Positions 21,141 to 31,662 of a stretch of 64,000 bases of DNA are shown here, piece by piece. The translations under genes and the position numbers were made by a program. Numbering within the stretch: the first letter of the stretch is position 1; each line of letters opens with the position of its first letter. The notes beneath the pieces were generated by a model. It ran no database searches. It had not been told where the DNA came from and saw nothing but the letters and a program-made list of their open reading frames with translations. This DNA comes from an uncultured delta proteobacterium (lineage in GTDB: Bacteria > Desulfobacterota > Binatia > UBA9968), in the NCBI GenBank assembly GCA_963771465.1, contig CAVYTU010000005.1, forward strand, positions 1 through 64,000, in the 5' to 3' direction.

Positions 21141-22802
21141 TCAGAAGGTCTCGCGAGTCAGGGTTTCGTCGACCGCGCCTACGCGGTACCAGCGGTAGCC
21201 GTAGCCGTCCAACGCGATCTCGTGCGTGCCGCCGCCGTCCGCGCGGCTGTGCTCTTCGCCGATGAGGTCGACGAGGCGTCGGCTACCAGGCCCCTTGAGC
21301 CTGAGTCGCACGGTCTGCGCGGTAGCGCTGAAGTTGTGGAGCGTGACCATGGAGGCCTTGCGGAACCAATAGTGCAGCACCAGGACCGGCGGTGTGTCGC
21401 ACTCAAGGACCTCGCACTCGCCCCACGAGAGTTCGGTGCATTCCCCGCGCACGCGGATCAAGCGCGCGGTCCAGTTCATGAATGAGTTGGGGTCCCGCCG
21501 CTGCGCGTTCACGTTGACCCTGCGGAAACCGAAAATGCCGTCGTCAATGACGGGCAGCACGGTCTTTTTCGCCCGGGTGAAGCCGCCGTGCGGTTCGTCG
21601 GTCCACTGCATGGGTGTGCGGGTTGCCTCGCGCTCCTTCAGCGACAGGTCTTCGCCCATGCCGATCTCGTCGCCGTACTGCAGCATCGGCGTGCCTGGCA
21701 GCGCGAACAGCAGGCTGAAGGCAAGCTCCATGCGCCGGCGGTCGTTGCCCAGCATCGGCGCTAGGCGCCGGCGGATACCCCGGTTGTAGAGCTGCATTGA
21801 AGGCTCGGGAGCGAACGCAGCGAACACACGCTCGCGCTGCGCCTCGGTGAGGCGCCCCAGATCCAGCTCGTCGTGGCTGCGCAGGAACTGCACCCATTGC
21901 GCGTCTCTCGGGATGTTGTCGAGCGTCTCACGTATCGCCTGCGCGAGCGGCCTGATGTCCGCGGTGGCCAGCGCGTAGAACACCCGCTGATTTACCGGGA
22001 AGTTGAGCATCATCTGTAGGCGGTCGGCCTCGTCGCCGAAGTACTTCATGCTTTCGCCGGCAGGTACGTTCGCCTCGGCGAGCAGGATGGCATCGCGGCA
22101 GCGCCATTGCAGGAACCGCCGCATCTCTTGAAGCAGCTCGAAATCTTTTACCGGCTTGACGCCCGCGCCCTTGCGCTCGACCAGAAAGGGAACCGCATCC
22201 ATGCGGAAACCCGATACGCCGAGCTGCAGCCAGTAGCCCATGATCTTGTAGAGCTCGTCGCGATAGACGACGTTATGGGTGTTGAGATCGGGCTGGAACT
22301 CATAGAAGCGGTGGAAGTAGTACTTGCGCGCTTTGCTGTCCCATGTCCAGGTCGTCTTCTGCACCGGCGGGAACACCGTGCCGGTAGCGTGGTCGCGCGG
22401 CCGCTTGTCGCTCCAGACATACCAGTCCCGGAAAGGCGACTCGGGATCGGCACGCGCCGACTGGAACCAGGAGTGCTTGTCGGACGTATGGTTGGCGACG
22501 AGGTCGACGATGACCCGCATGCCGAGCGCCTGGGCGTGGTTCATCAGCTCGACAAAGTCTCCGGAGGTGCCGAAACGCGGGCTTACGCCGTAGAAGTCGC
22601 TGACGTCGTAGCCGTTGTCGCGGTTGGGCGAGCAGTAGAACGGCTGCAGCCAGATGCAGGTGACGCCGAGACCGTGCAGGTAATCGAGCCGCCGGCTCAG
22701 TCCCTCGAAGTCCCCGATACCGTCGCCGTTGAAGTCCATGTAGGTAGCGACGTTCAGGCAGTAAATAACGGAGTTCTTGAACCAGTAGTCGTCTATGGCC
22801 AT
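21141..22802 (-). CDS. treS: GH13 alpha-amylase family protein, trehalose synthase-like
   Basis: DFNGDGIGDF, DLVANH, GFRMDAVP, LAEAN, FLRSHDELDL. Confidence 0.8.
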   Translation of the reverse strand: MAIDDYWFKNSVIYCLNVATYMDFNGDGIGDFEGLSRRLDYLHGLGVTCIWLQPFYCSPNRDNGYDVSDFYGVSPRFGTSGDFVELMNHAQALGMRVIVDLVANHTSDKHSWFQSARADPESPFRDWYVWSDKRPRDHATGTVFPPVQKTTWTWDSKARKYYFHRFYEFQPDLNTHNVVYRDELYKIMGYWLQLGVSGFRMDAVPFLVERKGAGVKPVKDFELLQEMRRFLQWRCRDAILLAEANVPAGESMKYFGDEADRLQMMLNFPVNQRVFYALATADIRPLAQAIRETLDNIPRDAQWVQFLRSHDELDLGRLTEAQRERVFAAFAPEPSMQLYNRGIRRRLAPMLGNDRRRMELAFSLLFALPGTPMLQYGDEIGMGEDLSLKEREATRTPMQWTDEPHGGFTRAKKTVLPVIDDGIFGFRRVNVNAQRRDPNSFMNWTARLIRVRGECTELSWGECEVLECDTPPVLVLHYWFRKASMVTLHNFSATAQTVRLRLKGPGSRRLVDLIGEEHSRADGGGTHEIALDGYGYRWYRVGAVDETLTRETF

Positions 22803-23303
22803 CGGATAATTTAAGCAAGCTCTGTTACGTTATCTGGTAATAGAGGATGTCGACGCGTACTACAAGAGAACGTTTATTGGTCACCAATGGAGTCATTCAC
22901 GAAGCGGCTGGTGGATGGGCCAGTTCGTTCTCTCAGCTTGCGCAATTGCCGTTCTCGCCGAAATGTTGCCGGACTCTAACAACGCGATTGACAGTGATTA
23001 CCGTCCGCTCGCAGTTACGCGCTGCGCACGATGTGCGTCATCGCGAACGTTAGCCGTGAGATTGAATCGAATTCTCCTTCAGTTGAATTCCGGGAAGAAG
23101 TTTTGGAACGCGGCTCAAGGCTGAGTCTGTACCTTGTTGCCTATTCCTCCGAGGATTCGTCGTTTTGTTTTCCTATTAACACCCGAAGCAGTGTGATAAA
23201 AATTTATGAATCATGGCGTCATTTCCAGTCTCAGCCGAAAAAGACAAACAACTCTTCAGCGCGTGCAGGCCTTTGTGTTCGAAAGCGTGATAAGGAACTT
23301 ACG

Positions 23304-23441
23304 ATGACGAAAATCAGTCTGTTTATTCTCTTGCTGATGACGATAGTCTCTGGGTGTTCCTTGGCAATCAGTAACAGCGAGAGTTATTATCAGAATACAC
23401 CTCGTCAGCCGATTAATTGGCGCGAGTATATGACGGATTGA
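23304..23441 (+). CDS. Small lipoprotein (45 aa)
   Basis: RBS AAGGA; MTKISLFILLLMTIVSG-C lipobox. Confidence 0.5.
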   Translation: MTKISLFILLLMTIVSGCSLAISNSESYYQNTPRQPINWREYMTD

Positions 23442-23619
23442 GTGATGGCGAGCGCTATGCTTGGACCGATGAACTCGTACACGAATATCCACGGGAGGCC
23501 TTTGTCGGGCAGAGCAAGGAGCTTCAGTGATAACGGCGCTTGCACTTGATTATCTATCTGGTAATCGGCACTAGATTAGACATTCGCTACAGCATTTTTT
23601 GAGAAGGAGAGGCATATCC

Positions 23620-24798
23620 ATGTGGAAAGGGTTCAAAGTGATCGATGCGGATGCGCACATGCATGAGCCGCAATATCTGTGGGAACGTTACGTTGAAACC
23701 AAGTATCGCGACCGGGTGCCGAAGGTTGCATTCATGGACGGCATCCGGATGGTTTATGAACCGGACGGAAGGATTATCACCAAGGCCGAGCCACAGCGTC
23801 ACGCGCTCGACAGCGAGAAGCAGGAGATGGAGCGAAAGTATGGCGAGGCCTATCGCACCTGGTGGTCGGCGGAGACGCGGCTTAAGGTCATGGACGAGCA
23901 TGGCTGGGACATTCAAGTCTGTTTGCCGACGGCGAATAATGGCAACTTCGCTTATCGCGTGGCGTTAAAAGATATCGAGCTCGGCGCGGCGATGTGCCGG
24001 GCCTACAACAACTGGTGCTACGATTATTGCAGCGCGGATGCGAAACGGTTGAAGTTCGTTGCCGTCTTGCCGGGCGGGGAGGTCGGCGAGATGGTGAAGG
24101 AGGCGCGCCGGGCGGTGGAGAAGTTGGGCGCGGTGTCGGTGCGCAACCCAGTGCTTCCGGATGGCAAATGGCTGCACGATCCCGAGAACGATGCTCTCTG
24201 GCAACTTGCCTGCGAGCTGGATTTCCCGATCTCGATCCATGGCGAGTATCGTCATCTACGTTTCCAGCCTTTTGAATACAACAAAGACTCGCAATTCGAT
24301 GGCAGCGCTGAGCTCAGCAAGCAACGTCTTTCGCTGCGTGGTTTGGATCACGCGTTGGGTTTTCCCTTCGATAACATGACCACGCTCGGCTACTTTATCT
24401 TCACCGGGATTCTCGACCGTTTTCCCAAGCTTCGGCTCGGACTGCTGGAATCCAATTCGGGCTGGCTGCCATTCTGGCTCGGCCGCATGGACGATCACAC
24501 CCACGGGCGCAATAGTGTCATGGGTAACGCCGTCGACCGTTTGCCGCTGCGCCCGACCGATTATTTTATGCGTCAATGCACATTGGCTTGCGATGGCGAC
24601 GAGCGCGCGCTCAAATCCGTGGTGGAATATCTAAACGGCGATAACCTGATCTGGAATAGCGATTATCCTCATCCCGACGCTCCCGAGCCGGCCGAGGCGT
24701 TACCCGATCTGGACGGCCAAGCGATTTCCGAGGACGCTAAACGAAAAATTTTGTGGGATAACGCGGTGACGCTCTACGGTTCACGGATTATTTCCTGA
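23620..24798 (+). CDS. Amidohydrolase_2 family protein
   Basis: VIDADAH, SIHG, WNSDYPHPD; RBS AGGAGAGG. Confidence 0.9.
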   Translation: MWKGFKVIDADAHMHEPQYLWERYVETKYRDRVPKVAFMDGIRMVYEPDGRIITKAEPQRHALDSEKQEMERKYGEAYRTWWSAETRLKVMDEHGWDIQVCLPTANNGNFAYRVALKDIELGAAMCRAYNNWCYDYCSADAKRLKFVAVLPGGEVGEMVKEARRAVEKLGAVSVRNPVLPDGKWLHDPENDALWQLACELDFPISIHGEYRHLRFQPFEYNKDSQFDGSAELSKQRLSLRGLDHALGFPFDNMTTLGYFIFTGILDRFPKLRLGLLESNSGWLPFWLGRMDDHTHGRNSVMGNAVDRLPLRPTDYFMRQCTLACDGDERALKSVVEYLNGDNLIWNSDYPHPDAPEPAEALPDLDGQAISEDAKRKILWDNAVTLYGSRIIS

Positions 24799-24857
24799 CG
24801 TTGGACATTCTCGATAGCGATTCGTGCCGTTGGAGACACGCTACGGAGGACTGAGCC

Positions 24858-25895
24858 ATGTGGTTGTTGAATAGGTATCGCGCGGTGCTTTTCATTTTGC
24901 CGGCTTGGCTCGCCTGCGTTGCGGCGGCGCGAGGCGCATCCGATGATCTCGTCAAAGCCGCGAACAAAGAAGCGACTCTGTTACTTTACGGCGGCGCCAC
25001 GCTGCAACACATGACCCTTTTGATCGAAAACTTTAACCGGGTGCATCCCGGTATCAAGGTCAATTACCTGCGCAAATCGGGGTCGTCGCTGTTCGAATTG
25101 ATTGTGCGCGAGCTGCGGGCCAAGACGTACAACGCCGATGCTTACGTGCCGCTGCACATCGACCAGGCGATGTATCTCGCCGAGCGCAAGCTGTTGACTC
25201 GCCATCTTTCACCGGAGCGCTCGGCATATCCTGAACAGGCGAAAGATCGCGACGGCTATTGGACAACGCTTTATCAGACCGGCCATGTTTACGCCTACAA
25301 CACCCGGCAAGTGAATCCTAAAGATGCGCCACGCTCCTACGACGATCTGCTTCAGCCGAGGTTGAAAGGCAAGATCATTATGGACGAGGGGGAAGAGTTC
25401 TGGTACGCCGCGGTGCTGGAAATTCTCGGCAAGGAAAAAGGTCAGAGCTTCATGCGCGCGCTAGCGCAACAGCAACCGGTATTTCAGGGTAGTAAGACGC
25501 TGATGATGCAATTGCTTTGCGCCAGCGAGGTGGCGCTCGCTTTTCCAGTCAATTTCAATCAAGCCAACGACGCCAAAAAGCGAGGTTGCCCCAGCGACTT
25601 CGTCGTCATCGAACCGCAAACCCAGCCTCCACCCTTCGTTATCGCCATGGCGCAAAACGCGCCGCATCCCGCCGCGGCAAAATTGTTCATCGATTTTTTG
25701 CTCGCCAAAGAGCCGCAAAGATTCATGCAGGAAAATATCTTTCGCCAATCGGCGCGACTCGACGTCGAAGCGAGCGGCGATTTGGTGCGGTTGAAAGGGG
25801 TGCGAGTGTGGAAATCAGATTGGAACGCGATCTTCAAAGAGCGAACCGCCTATAGCGACGGGTTTAAGAAAACTTTCACCCACGCCTCACGCTAG
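24858..25895 (+). CDS. Extracellular solute-binding protein (Fe3+/thiamine-like SBP family)
   Basis: Signal peptide; YNT..V....APRSYDDLL.P.LKGKI; APHPAAAKLFIDFLL. Confidence 0.85.
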   Translation: MWLLNRYRAVLFILPAWLACVAAARGASDDLVKAANKEATLLLYGGATLQHMTLLIENFNRVHPGIKVNYLRKSGSSLFELIVRELRAKTYNADAYVPLHIDQAMYLAERKLLTRHLSPERSAYPEQAKDRDGYWTTLYQTGHVYAYNTRQVNPKDAPRSYDDLLQPRLKGKIIMDEGEEFWYAAVLEILGKEKGQSFMRALAQQQPVFQGSKTLMMQLLCASEVALAFPVNFNQANDAKKRGCPSDFVVIEPQTQPPPFVIAMAQNAPHPAAAKLFIDFLLAKEPQRFMQENIFRQSARLDVEASGDLVRLKGVRVWKSDWNAIFKERTAYSDGFKKTFTHASR

Positions 25896-26042
25896 AGGGA
25901 TTGTCGGCGGGATCTAGATTCCCACTGTGAAAGGACTCATTTATTAGCTCGTGTTTAGTCGGCCAACCTGATAATCAGTGGGTCGAGAGCGTTTTATGGG
26001 TCAGCAAGTTTAAATAGAGGAATCACATATCCGGGAGGTAAG

Positions 26043-26453
26043 ATGACCATGGAAAATGAACAAGCGGCGCCGAAGCAGAGTAGTCCGATCGTGATCGCGG
26101 CGACGGGGATGCAAATCTGGGTGGACTACCGTCGCGGTGTCGGCGGCGACGAAGGGCTGACGTTTGACGTCACCACGACTGGCGATAAAGATGCGGGTGC
26201 GAGAATTCTTCGTTTTGACTGTTTCAGTAAGACGCCGCACTATCACGTCGGCGCGTCAAGCAAGAATCCCGTCCATGACATGAACGCTGAAGGCATCGCG
26301 AATCCAGTTCGCTGGACTCTCGAGCAGCTCAAAACTCGTCTGCCGGCGTTGGTCAGCGAGGCGGGTTATGCCGAGATCGCCAATAAGATCGACCAAAATG
26401 CCATCGCTACTCGTCTCTCTGAACTGGAGCACGATATATTCGCGAAAATGTAG
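26043..26453 (+). CDS. Hypothetical protein (LRFDCF..TPHYH motif)
   Basis: RBS GGAGG; 136-aa ORF. Confidence 0.7.
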   Translation: MTMENEQAAPKQSSPIVIAATGMQIWVDYRRGVGGDEGLTFDVTTTGDKDAGARILRFDCFSKTPHYHVGASSKNPVHDMNAEGIANPVRWTLEQLKTRLPALVSEAGYAEIANKIDQNAIATRLSELEHDIFAKM

Positions 26454-26489
26454 CGAGCAGCGAGTAGGGGTGGTCGGGTTGGACGCCGG

Positions 26490-26852
26490 TCACGCTGGCG
26501 CCAACGGCGCGTTTAAGGTGTTGGTGTATCGCTTAGTGGTATTCTTGCCATGGGCTGTTTTCCACCGCATGAGTCCGGTGCGGACATAGTGTGGATTGAG
26601 TTGTAAGTACTCACAGACATTCTCAAAGGAAAGGAAGGAAGAATCGTCGGTCGCCAAAAACCACTCTTCGGCGGCTTCGAACAGTTCCCTGCCGCGCTTA
26701 TCCTGAGCGTGGATATATTTCTGAAAATCTTCGGTGGCACTTTCCAACAGCGCCAGTAACAGCCGTTCTTCGCCGTCGCGGATGGTTTTGCGAAAGTTGC
26801 TGTCGTGCACGCCTCTGTCGGTGGGATCCACCATCTGTAATGTCCTGTTCAT
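26490..26852 (-). CDS. Hypothetical protein (ERLLLALLE..A..DFQK...SFENVCEYL motif)
   Basis: RBS AGGAG before ATG 26852; helical, possibly DNA-binding. Confidence 0.6.
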   Translation of the reverse strand: MNRTLQMVDPTDRGVHDSNFRKTIRDGEERLLLALLESATEDFQKYIHAQDKRGRELFEAAEEWFLATDDSSFLSFENVCEYLQLNPHYVRTGLMRWKTAHGKNTTKRYTNTLNAPLAPA

Positions 26853-27266
26853 TGAATTGGCTCCTAGTCTACGGGTCATGTCATTTGAGTTCCGGTCGAA
26901 GCGCCCGCGGCTGTATTGAGCAATGGAGAAGCCACTGGAGCGGAGACGAACGGATGGAATTCGTGGGAAAGTAGAGGAACGAGTGATGCCATCCGAAGTG
27001 GGTTTGAATGCCCGCTGAGGAAGCCGCTCTGGGATCACCGGGCCGGAGGTAGCAATTCGTTGCTCGTGATCGTGGCTCGTGCTTCGCTTTCATGGGTTGT
27101 GCGCTGGTTGCGACTACTCGGCTCTGAATAGGTTAGGCACGGCTCGATTTTACCGACGGGGAAATCTCGCTATCAAGACTGGGATTTGGCGCACCCGGAA
27201 GAGCTGGACTTGACTACCGTCCGCTGGACTCAGTGGGTTGCCAACAAACCTCTGAAGTGAGATAGA

Positions 27267-27497
27267 GTGCTCTCAGCTATGGCGAACATTTATCATAACG
27301 AACGGCTCATTATCGCGTATGCGTCGATGAACCCAAGCAGCAAGGATTGGAGCGCCGGCGTCGAGATCACTTGGAAGCACGACGGCCAGCGCCGCTCGCA
27401 TTCCATCGGCGGGCTCGCCGATCGTTTCAAAAGCGGCGCGGACGCCGAACAATTCGTCATCAATCTGGCCAAAGCTTGGATTGACTCCAATCCGTGA
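27267..27497 (+). CDS. Small hypothetical protein
   Basis: Ends AEQFVINLAKAWID; start may be ATG 27279. Confidence 0.55.
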   Translation: MLSAMANIYHNERLIIAYASMNPSSKDWSAGVEITWKHDGQRRSHSIGGLADRFKSGADAEQFVINLAKAWIDSNP

Positions 27498-27667
27498 CGG
27501 GCCGGGCGGCGTGCTCTGGTTCGTGAGCGGCTTGCATTCAAGCCCGCGGCGGTTTTCACGAGCAAGGCCGAAGGCGCGACGCTGGCAAATTTCCATAAAA
27601 TAGGCAAAATGGCAGAATCGGTACGAGTCGATGGGAACTCTGAAAGGATTCCAACCCGGAGATTACG

Positions 27668-29014
27668 ATGAGCTATAACGCTTGGTTTCAGTGCATTAAC
27701 GGTTGTCCGGGGCAGTATAGCCTTTTGGAGATCATTTACCGCTGTCCGACCTGCGGTGATCTGCTCGAAGTGCGCCACGATATGCAGGCGCTTAGCGCCC
27801 GCGCCGCGGCGGCTTGGATCAAGCTTTTCGACCAACGGGTCGGACAGAATATTTATCCCTATGGTTCCGGCGTATGGGCGAAAAAGGAATGGGTGCTACC
27901 GTTCATCGATAACGAAAATATCGTTTCGACCTGCGAAGGCAACACCAATCTTTTCTGGGCTAATCGCTACGGCAAGCAGCTGCACCTGGAAGATCTCTGG
28001 GTCAAACAATGCGGCAACTCGCACACCGGATCATTCAAAGATCTCGGCATGACTGTGCTTGTGTCGGTGGTCAATCAGATGATCGCCAACGGCGAGCCCA
28101 TCGACGCCGTCGCTTGCGCGTCGACCGGCGATACTTCGGCGGCGCTGGCGGCGTACGGCGCGGCGGCAGGGATTCCGACGGTGGTGTTTCTGCCGCGCGA
28201 CAAAGTGTCGCCGGCGCAGCTGGTTCAGCCTCTAGCCAACGGCGCGTTGGTCTTGTCTCTCGATACGGACTTCGACGGTTGCATGGCGGCGGTGCAAGAG
28301 GTGACGCAGCAAAAGCGCTTGTACCTCGCCAACTCGATGAACAGTTTACGTATCGAAGGGCAGAAGACAATTTCCGTGGAAATTGTCCAGCAGTTCGACT
28401 GGGAAGTGCCGGATTGGGTCGTCCTGCCGGGCGGTAATCTCGGCAACGTGAGCGCCTTTGGCAAAGGCTTTTTGATGATGCACGAGCTTGGCTTGATCTC
28501 CAAGCTGCCGCGCATCTGCGTCGCCCAGGCTGAGAACGCCAATCCGCTTTATCTATCGTATCTGAAAAACTTTGAGCACTTCGAGCCGGTGGCCGCGCAG
28601 AAAACTCTGGCGAGCGCGATTCAGATCGGCAATCCGGTGAGCATCCGCAAAGCGATCGCGACTTTGCAACGCTTCAACGGTGTCGTCGAGCAGGCTTCGG
28701 AGTTCGAACTCGCGGAGGAAGTCGCGCGCGCCGATCGCACCGGCATGTTCAATTGCCCGCACACCGGCGTGGCGCTGGCGGCGTTGCGCAAGTTGATCGA
28801 CAAGAAGATTATTCGCAGCCATGAGCGCGTGGTCGTGATCTCGACCGCCCATGGGCTTAAATTCGCCGATCAGAAAATCGCTTATCACGCCGGGCAACTC
28901 GAAGGCATTCAAGGAACTCAGTACAATCGCCCGGTGGAAGTGAGTGCCGATCCGAAAAAGATCAGCGACGCGATTTCGCGCTACGTCGAACGCGTGCGCT
29001 TACTCGATCACTGA
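27668..29014 (+). CDS. thrC: Threonine synthase
   Basis: [10 protein letters not shown] (PLP Lys), [29 protein letters not shown]. Confidence 0.95.
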   Translation: MSYNAWFQCINGCPGQYSLLEIIYRCPTCGDLLEVRHDMQALSARAAAAWIKLFDQRVGQNIYPYGSGVWAKKEWVLPFIDNENIVSTCEGNTNLFWANRYGKQLHLEDLWVKQCGNSHTGSFKDLGMTVLVSVVNQMIANGEPIDAVACASTGDTSAALAAYGAAAGIPTVVFLPRDKVSPAQLVQPLANGALVLSLDTDFDGCMAAVQEVTQQKRLYLANSMNSLRIEGQKTISVEIVQQFDWEVPDWVVLPGGNLGNVSAFGKGFLMMHELGLISKLPRICVAQAENANPLYLSYLKNFEHFEPVAAQKTLASAIQIGNPVSIRKAIATLQRFNGVVEQASEFELAEEVARADRTGMFNCPHTGVALAALRKLIDKKIIRSHERVVVISTAHGLKFADQKIAYHAGQLEGIQGTQYNRPVEVSADPKKISDAISRYVERVRLLDH

Positions 29015-29046
29015 GCGACACCGCAGCAGAGAATCACGGCAGGCAA

Positions 29047-30261
29047 ATGGCCATGACCAAGAATTTCTCGACCAAGAATGGCGAAGGCAAAACGCTCGGC
29101 TTTAGCACCTTGGCGGTGCACGGCGGCGAGCCGCGGCCCAAGCTCGGCAATTCATTGGCTACGCCAATTGTTCAGACGGCGACTTATACATTCGCCGACA
29201 CCCAGGAACTGCACGATCACTTTCAGCGCAAGATTGAGCGCGAAGAATACGGCCGTTACGGCAACCCAACCCAGCGCGTCGCCGAGCAAAAACTCGCCGC
29301 GCTGGAAGGCGCGGGCGATTGCTTGCTCTTCTCCAGCGGCATGGCCGCGGTGACGACGACGATGTACGCGGTGTTGTCGCACAATTCTCATGTGGTGGTC
29401 ACCGACGATTCCTATCGGCGCACGCGGCAATTTCTGACTCAAACGTTGCATCGCTACGGCATCGAAGTGTCGGTGGTGCCGGCGGGCGACTACCAGGCGA
29501 TCGAAGAGGCGATTCGTCCGACCACGCGCCTGCTGGTGAGCGAGTCGCCAACCAACCCGTATAATCGGATCGTCGACATGGAGCGCTTCGCCAGTATCGG
29601 CAAGCGCCACCGGGTTAAAACGTTGATCGATGCAACTTTTGCCACGCCGTTTAACCAGCGCCCGCTGGAGTTTGGCATCGATCTCGTGCTCCACTCGGCG
29701 ACTAAGTATTTGGGCGGCCACAACGATCTCCTCGCCGGCGCGGTGCTCGGCTCTGAGGAGTTAGTCGACGGCATTCGTTCGTTGCAGCACGTTACCGGCG
29801 CGATCATCGATCCGTTGGCGGCCTACTTACTGGTGCGGGGACTCAAAACTTTCGGCCTACGCATCGAGCGGCAAAATGCCAATGCCCAAGGATTGGCCGA
29901 ATTTCTCGCGGCTCATCCTAAGATCGCCGCGGTGCACTACGCTGGTTTACCGAGTCATCCCGAGCACGCCATCGCGTGCCGGCAAATGCGCGGCTTCGGC
30001 GGCGTGGTGTCTTTCGAATTCAAAGGCGATCTCGAAGCGACTTCGAGAGTCGTCGACGGTTGCCGCATACCGCAGATCGCGCCGTCTCTCGGCGGCGTCG
30101 AGAGTTTGATCGAGCAGCCGGCGTTGATGAGTTTTTACGAGCTCAGCACCGAAGAGCGCTTGATGGTTGGCATCAAGGACAACTTGATTCGCTACTCGGT
30201 CGGTATCGAAGATACTGCCGATCTGATCGCCGACTTGGCGGCGGCGTTGGAGCGAGCGTAG
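29047..30261 (+). CDS. metB: Cystathionine gamma-synthase (Cys/Met PLP family)
   Basis: YGRYGNPT, ESPTNP, HSATKYLGGHND, SLGGVESL; directly follows thrC. Confidence 0.85.
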   Translation: MAMTKNFSTKNGEGKTLGFSTLAVHGGEPRPKLGNSLATPIVQTATYTFADTQELHDHFQRKIEREEYGRYGNPTQRVAEQKLAALEGAGDCLLFSSGMAAVTTTMYAVLSHNSHVVVTDDSYRRTRQFLTQTLHRYGIEVSVVPAGDYQAIEEAIRPTTRLLVSESPTNPYNRIVDMERFASIGKRHRVKTLIDATFATPFNQRPLEFGIDLVLHSATKYLGGHNDLLAGAVLGSEELVDGIRSLQHVTGAIIDPLAAYLLVRGLKTFGLRIERQNANAQGLAEFLAAHPKIAAVHYAGLPSHPEHAIACRQMRGFGGVVSFEFKGDLEATSRVVDGCRIPQIAPSLGGVESLIEQPALMSFYELSTEERLMVGIKDNLIRYSVGIEDTADLIADLAAALERA

Positions 30262-30306
30262 CTTGGGATGAACGGCCGCGCTGACCGGCGCGGTTACGGG
30301 TGGTTC

Positions 30307-31653
30307 CTATTCGATTCCCAGAGACTTCATTAGCCGCAAAAAATACTTCGCCTCGAGGCCGAGCAACCGGGCCGCTGCGGCGCGGTTGCCGCCGGTTTTG
30401 CGCAAGGCATTGATGACCATTCCTTTTCGCGCCGCATTGACCCCGTCGTGATAAGAGACATCCTCCGAAGTTGACGCCGTAGATTCGCCTTCCAGCCCAG
30501 CCGGCAAGTCCGTTGCGCCGATCACGGTTCCTGAACCCAGCACGACTGCCCGTTCGATGGCATTCGCCAACTCGCGGACATTGCCCGGCCAATCATAGGC
30601 CATCATTCTTGCCTGAGCGCCATCGCTGATCGCAGTGACATTGCGGCGTGTTGCACTGGAAAACTTTCGCAGAAAAAAATCCGCCAGGATCGGAATGTCT
30701 TCTTTGCGCTCTCTGAGCGGCGGTCGGAGTTATCGCCACGACATTGAGCCGATGGTAAAGATCGTCGCGAAAAGCGCCACTCTTGACCGCGCGCGGCTAG
30801 ATCACGATTGGTCGCCGCGATTACTCTAACATCAACCGATATCGGCGTGACACCGCCGACCCGTTCGAATTCTCGTTCTTGGAGAAATCGTAAAAGCTTC
30901 GCTTGCATCTCCCGCGAGATATCGCCGATCTCATCAAAAAAAATCGTTCCGCCGTTGGCTAGTTCGATCTTGCCTTTTTTCATTCTATGCGCGCCGGTAA
31001 ACGCGCCTTGCTCGTGGCCGAACAGGTCGCTTTCCAACAGTTCCTTCGATAGACCGACGGAATTGATCGCGATAAATGGACGATTGGCTCGTATCGCTGT
31101 GATTGTGAATAAATCTGGCGAACAGCTCTTTTCCCGTGCCGCTTTCGCCGAGAAGCAATACAGTAGAGCTGCTCCCTGCCGCTTTCTTTGCCATATCAAC
31201 GGCAAGCTTCATTTTCGGACTCGCGCCGACGATCAGGTGGTAGCGGTCGCGAACTTCTTCGGTGAGAACTTCGACCGTTAGCTTCAGAGTCTGGCGCTCG
31301 AGCGCTTTGCGCACGATGAGATCGATGTGATCGGGATCGAAGGGTCTGGTGATAAAATCGTAGGCTCCGGCTTTCATGGCCTCGACGGCGCGCTCGACCG
31401 ATCCGTAGGCGGTTATCATAATCACGGGAGTGTCGTTCCCTTTGCCGCGAAGCTCCTTGAGTACTTCGAGGCCATTCAGGTCCGGCATCATGTAGTCGAG
31501 AATCACCAGATCTGGCGGAGCAGACTGGATCTTCGTTAACGCTTCTCTACCGCCGCAGGCCGTATCGATAACAAACCCTTTGTGAGCAAGCTCCTGCGTA
31601 AGAATCTTCCTGTTCGACGGCTCGTCGTCAGCGATCAAAATTTTCTCACTCAT
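30307..31653 (-). pseudogene. NtrC-family sigma54-dependent response regulator, split over several frames
   Basis: Receiver domain, [35 protein letters not shown] and Fis-type HTH are spread across ORFs 30985..31653, 30603..31205 and 30307..30606. Confidence 0.85.
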
Positions 31654-31662
31654 GATCTAGAC

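Noticed and set aside
27500-27667. SAM riboswitch or T-box upstream of thrC-metB
   Set aside because: Only a generic hairpin (TCGTGA...TCACGA); no SAM or T-box consensus visible
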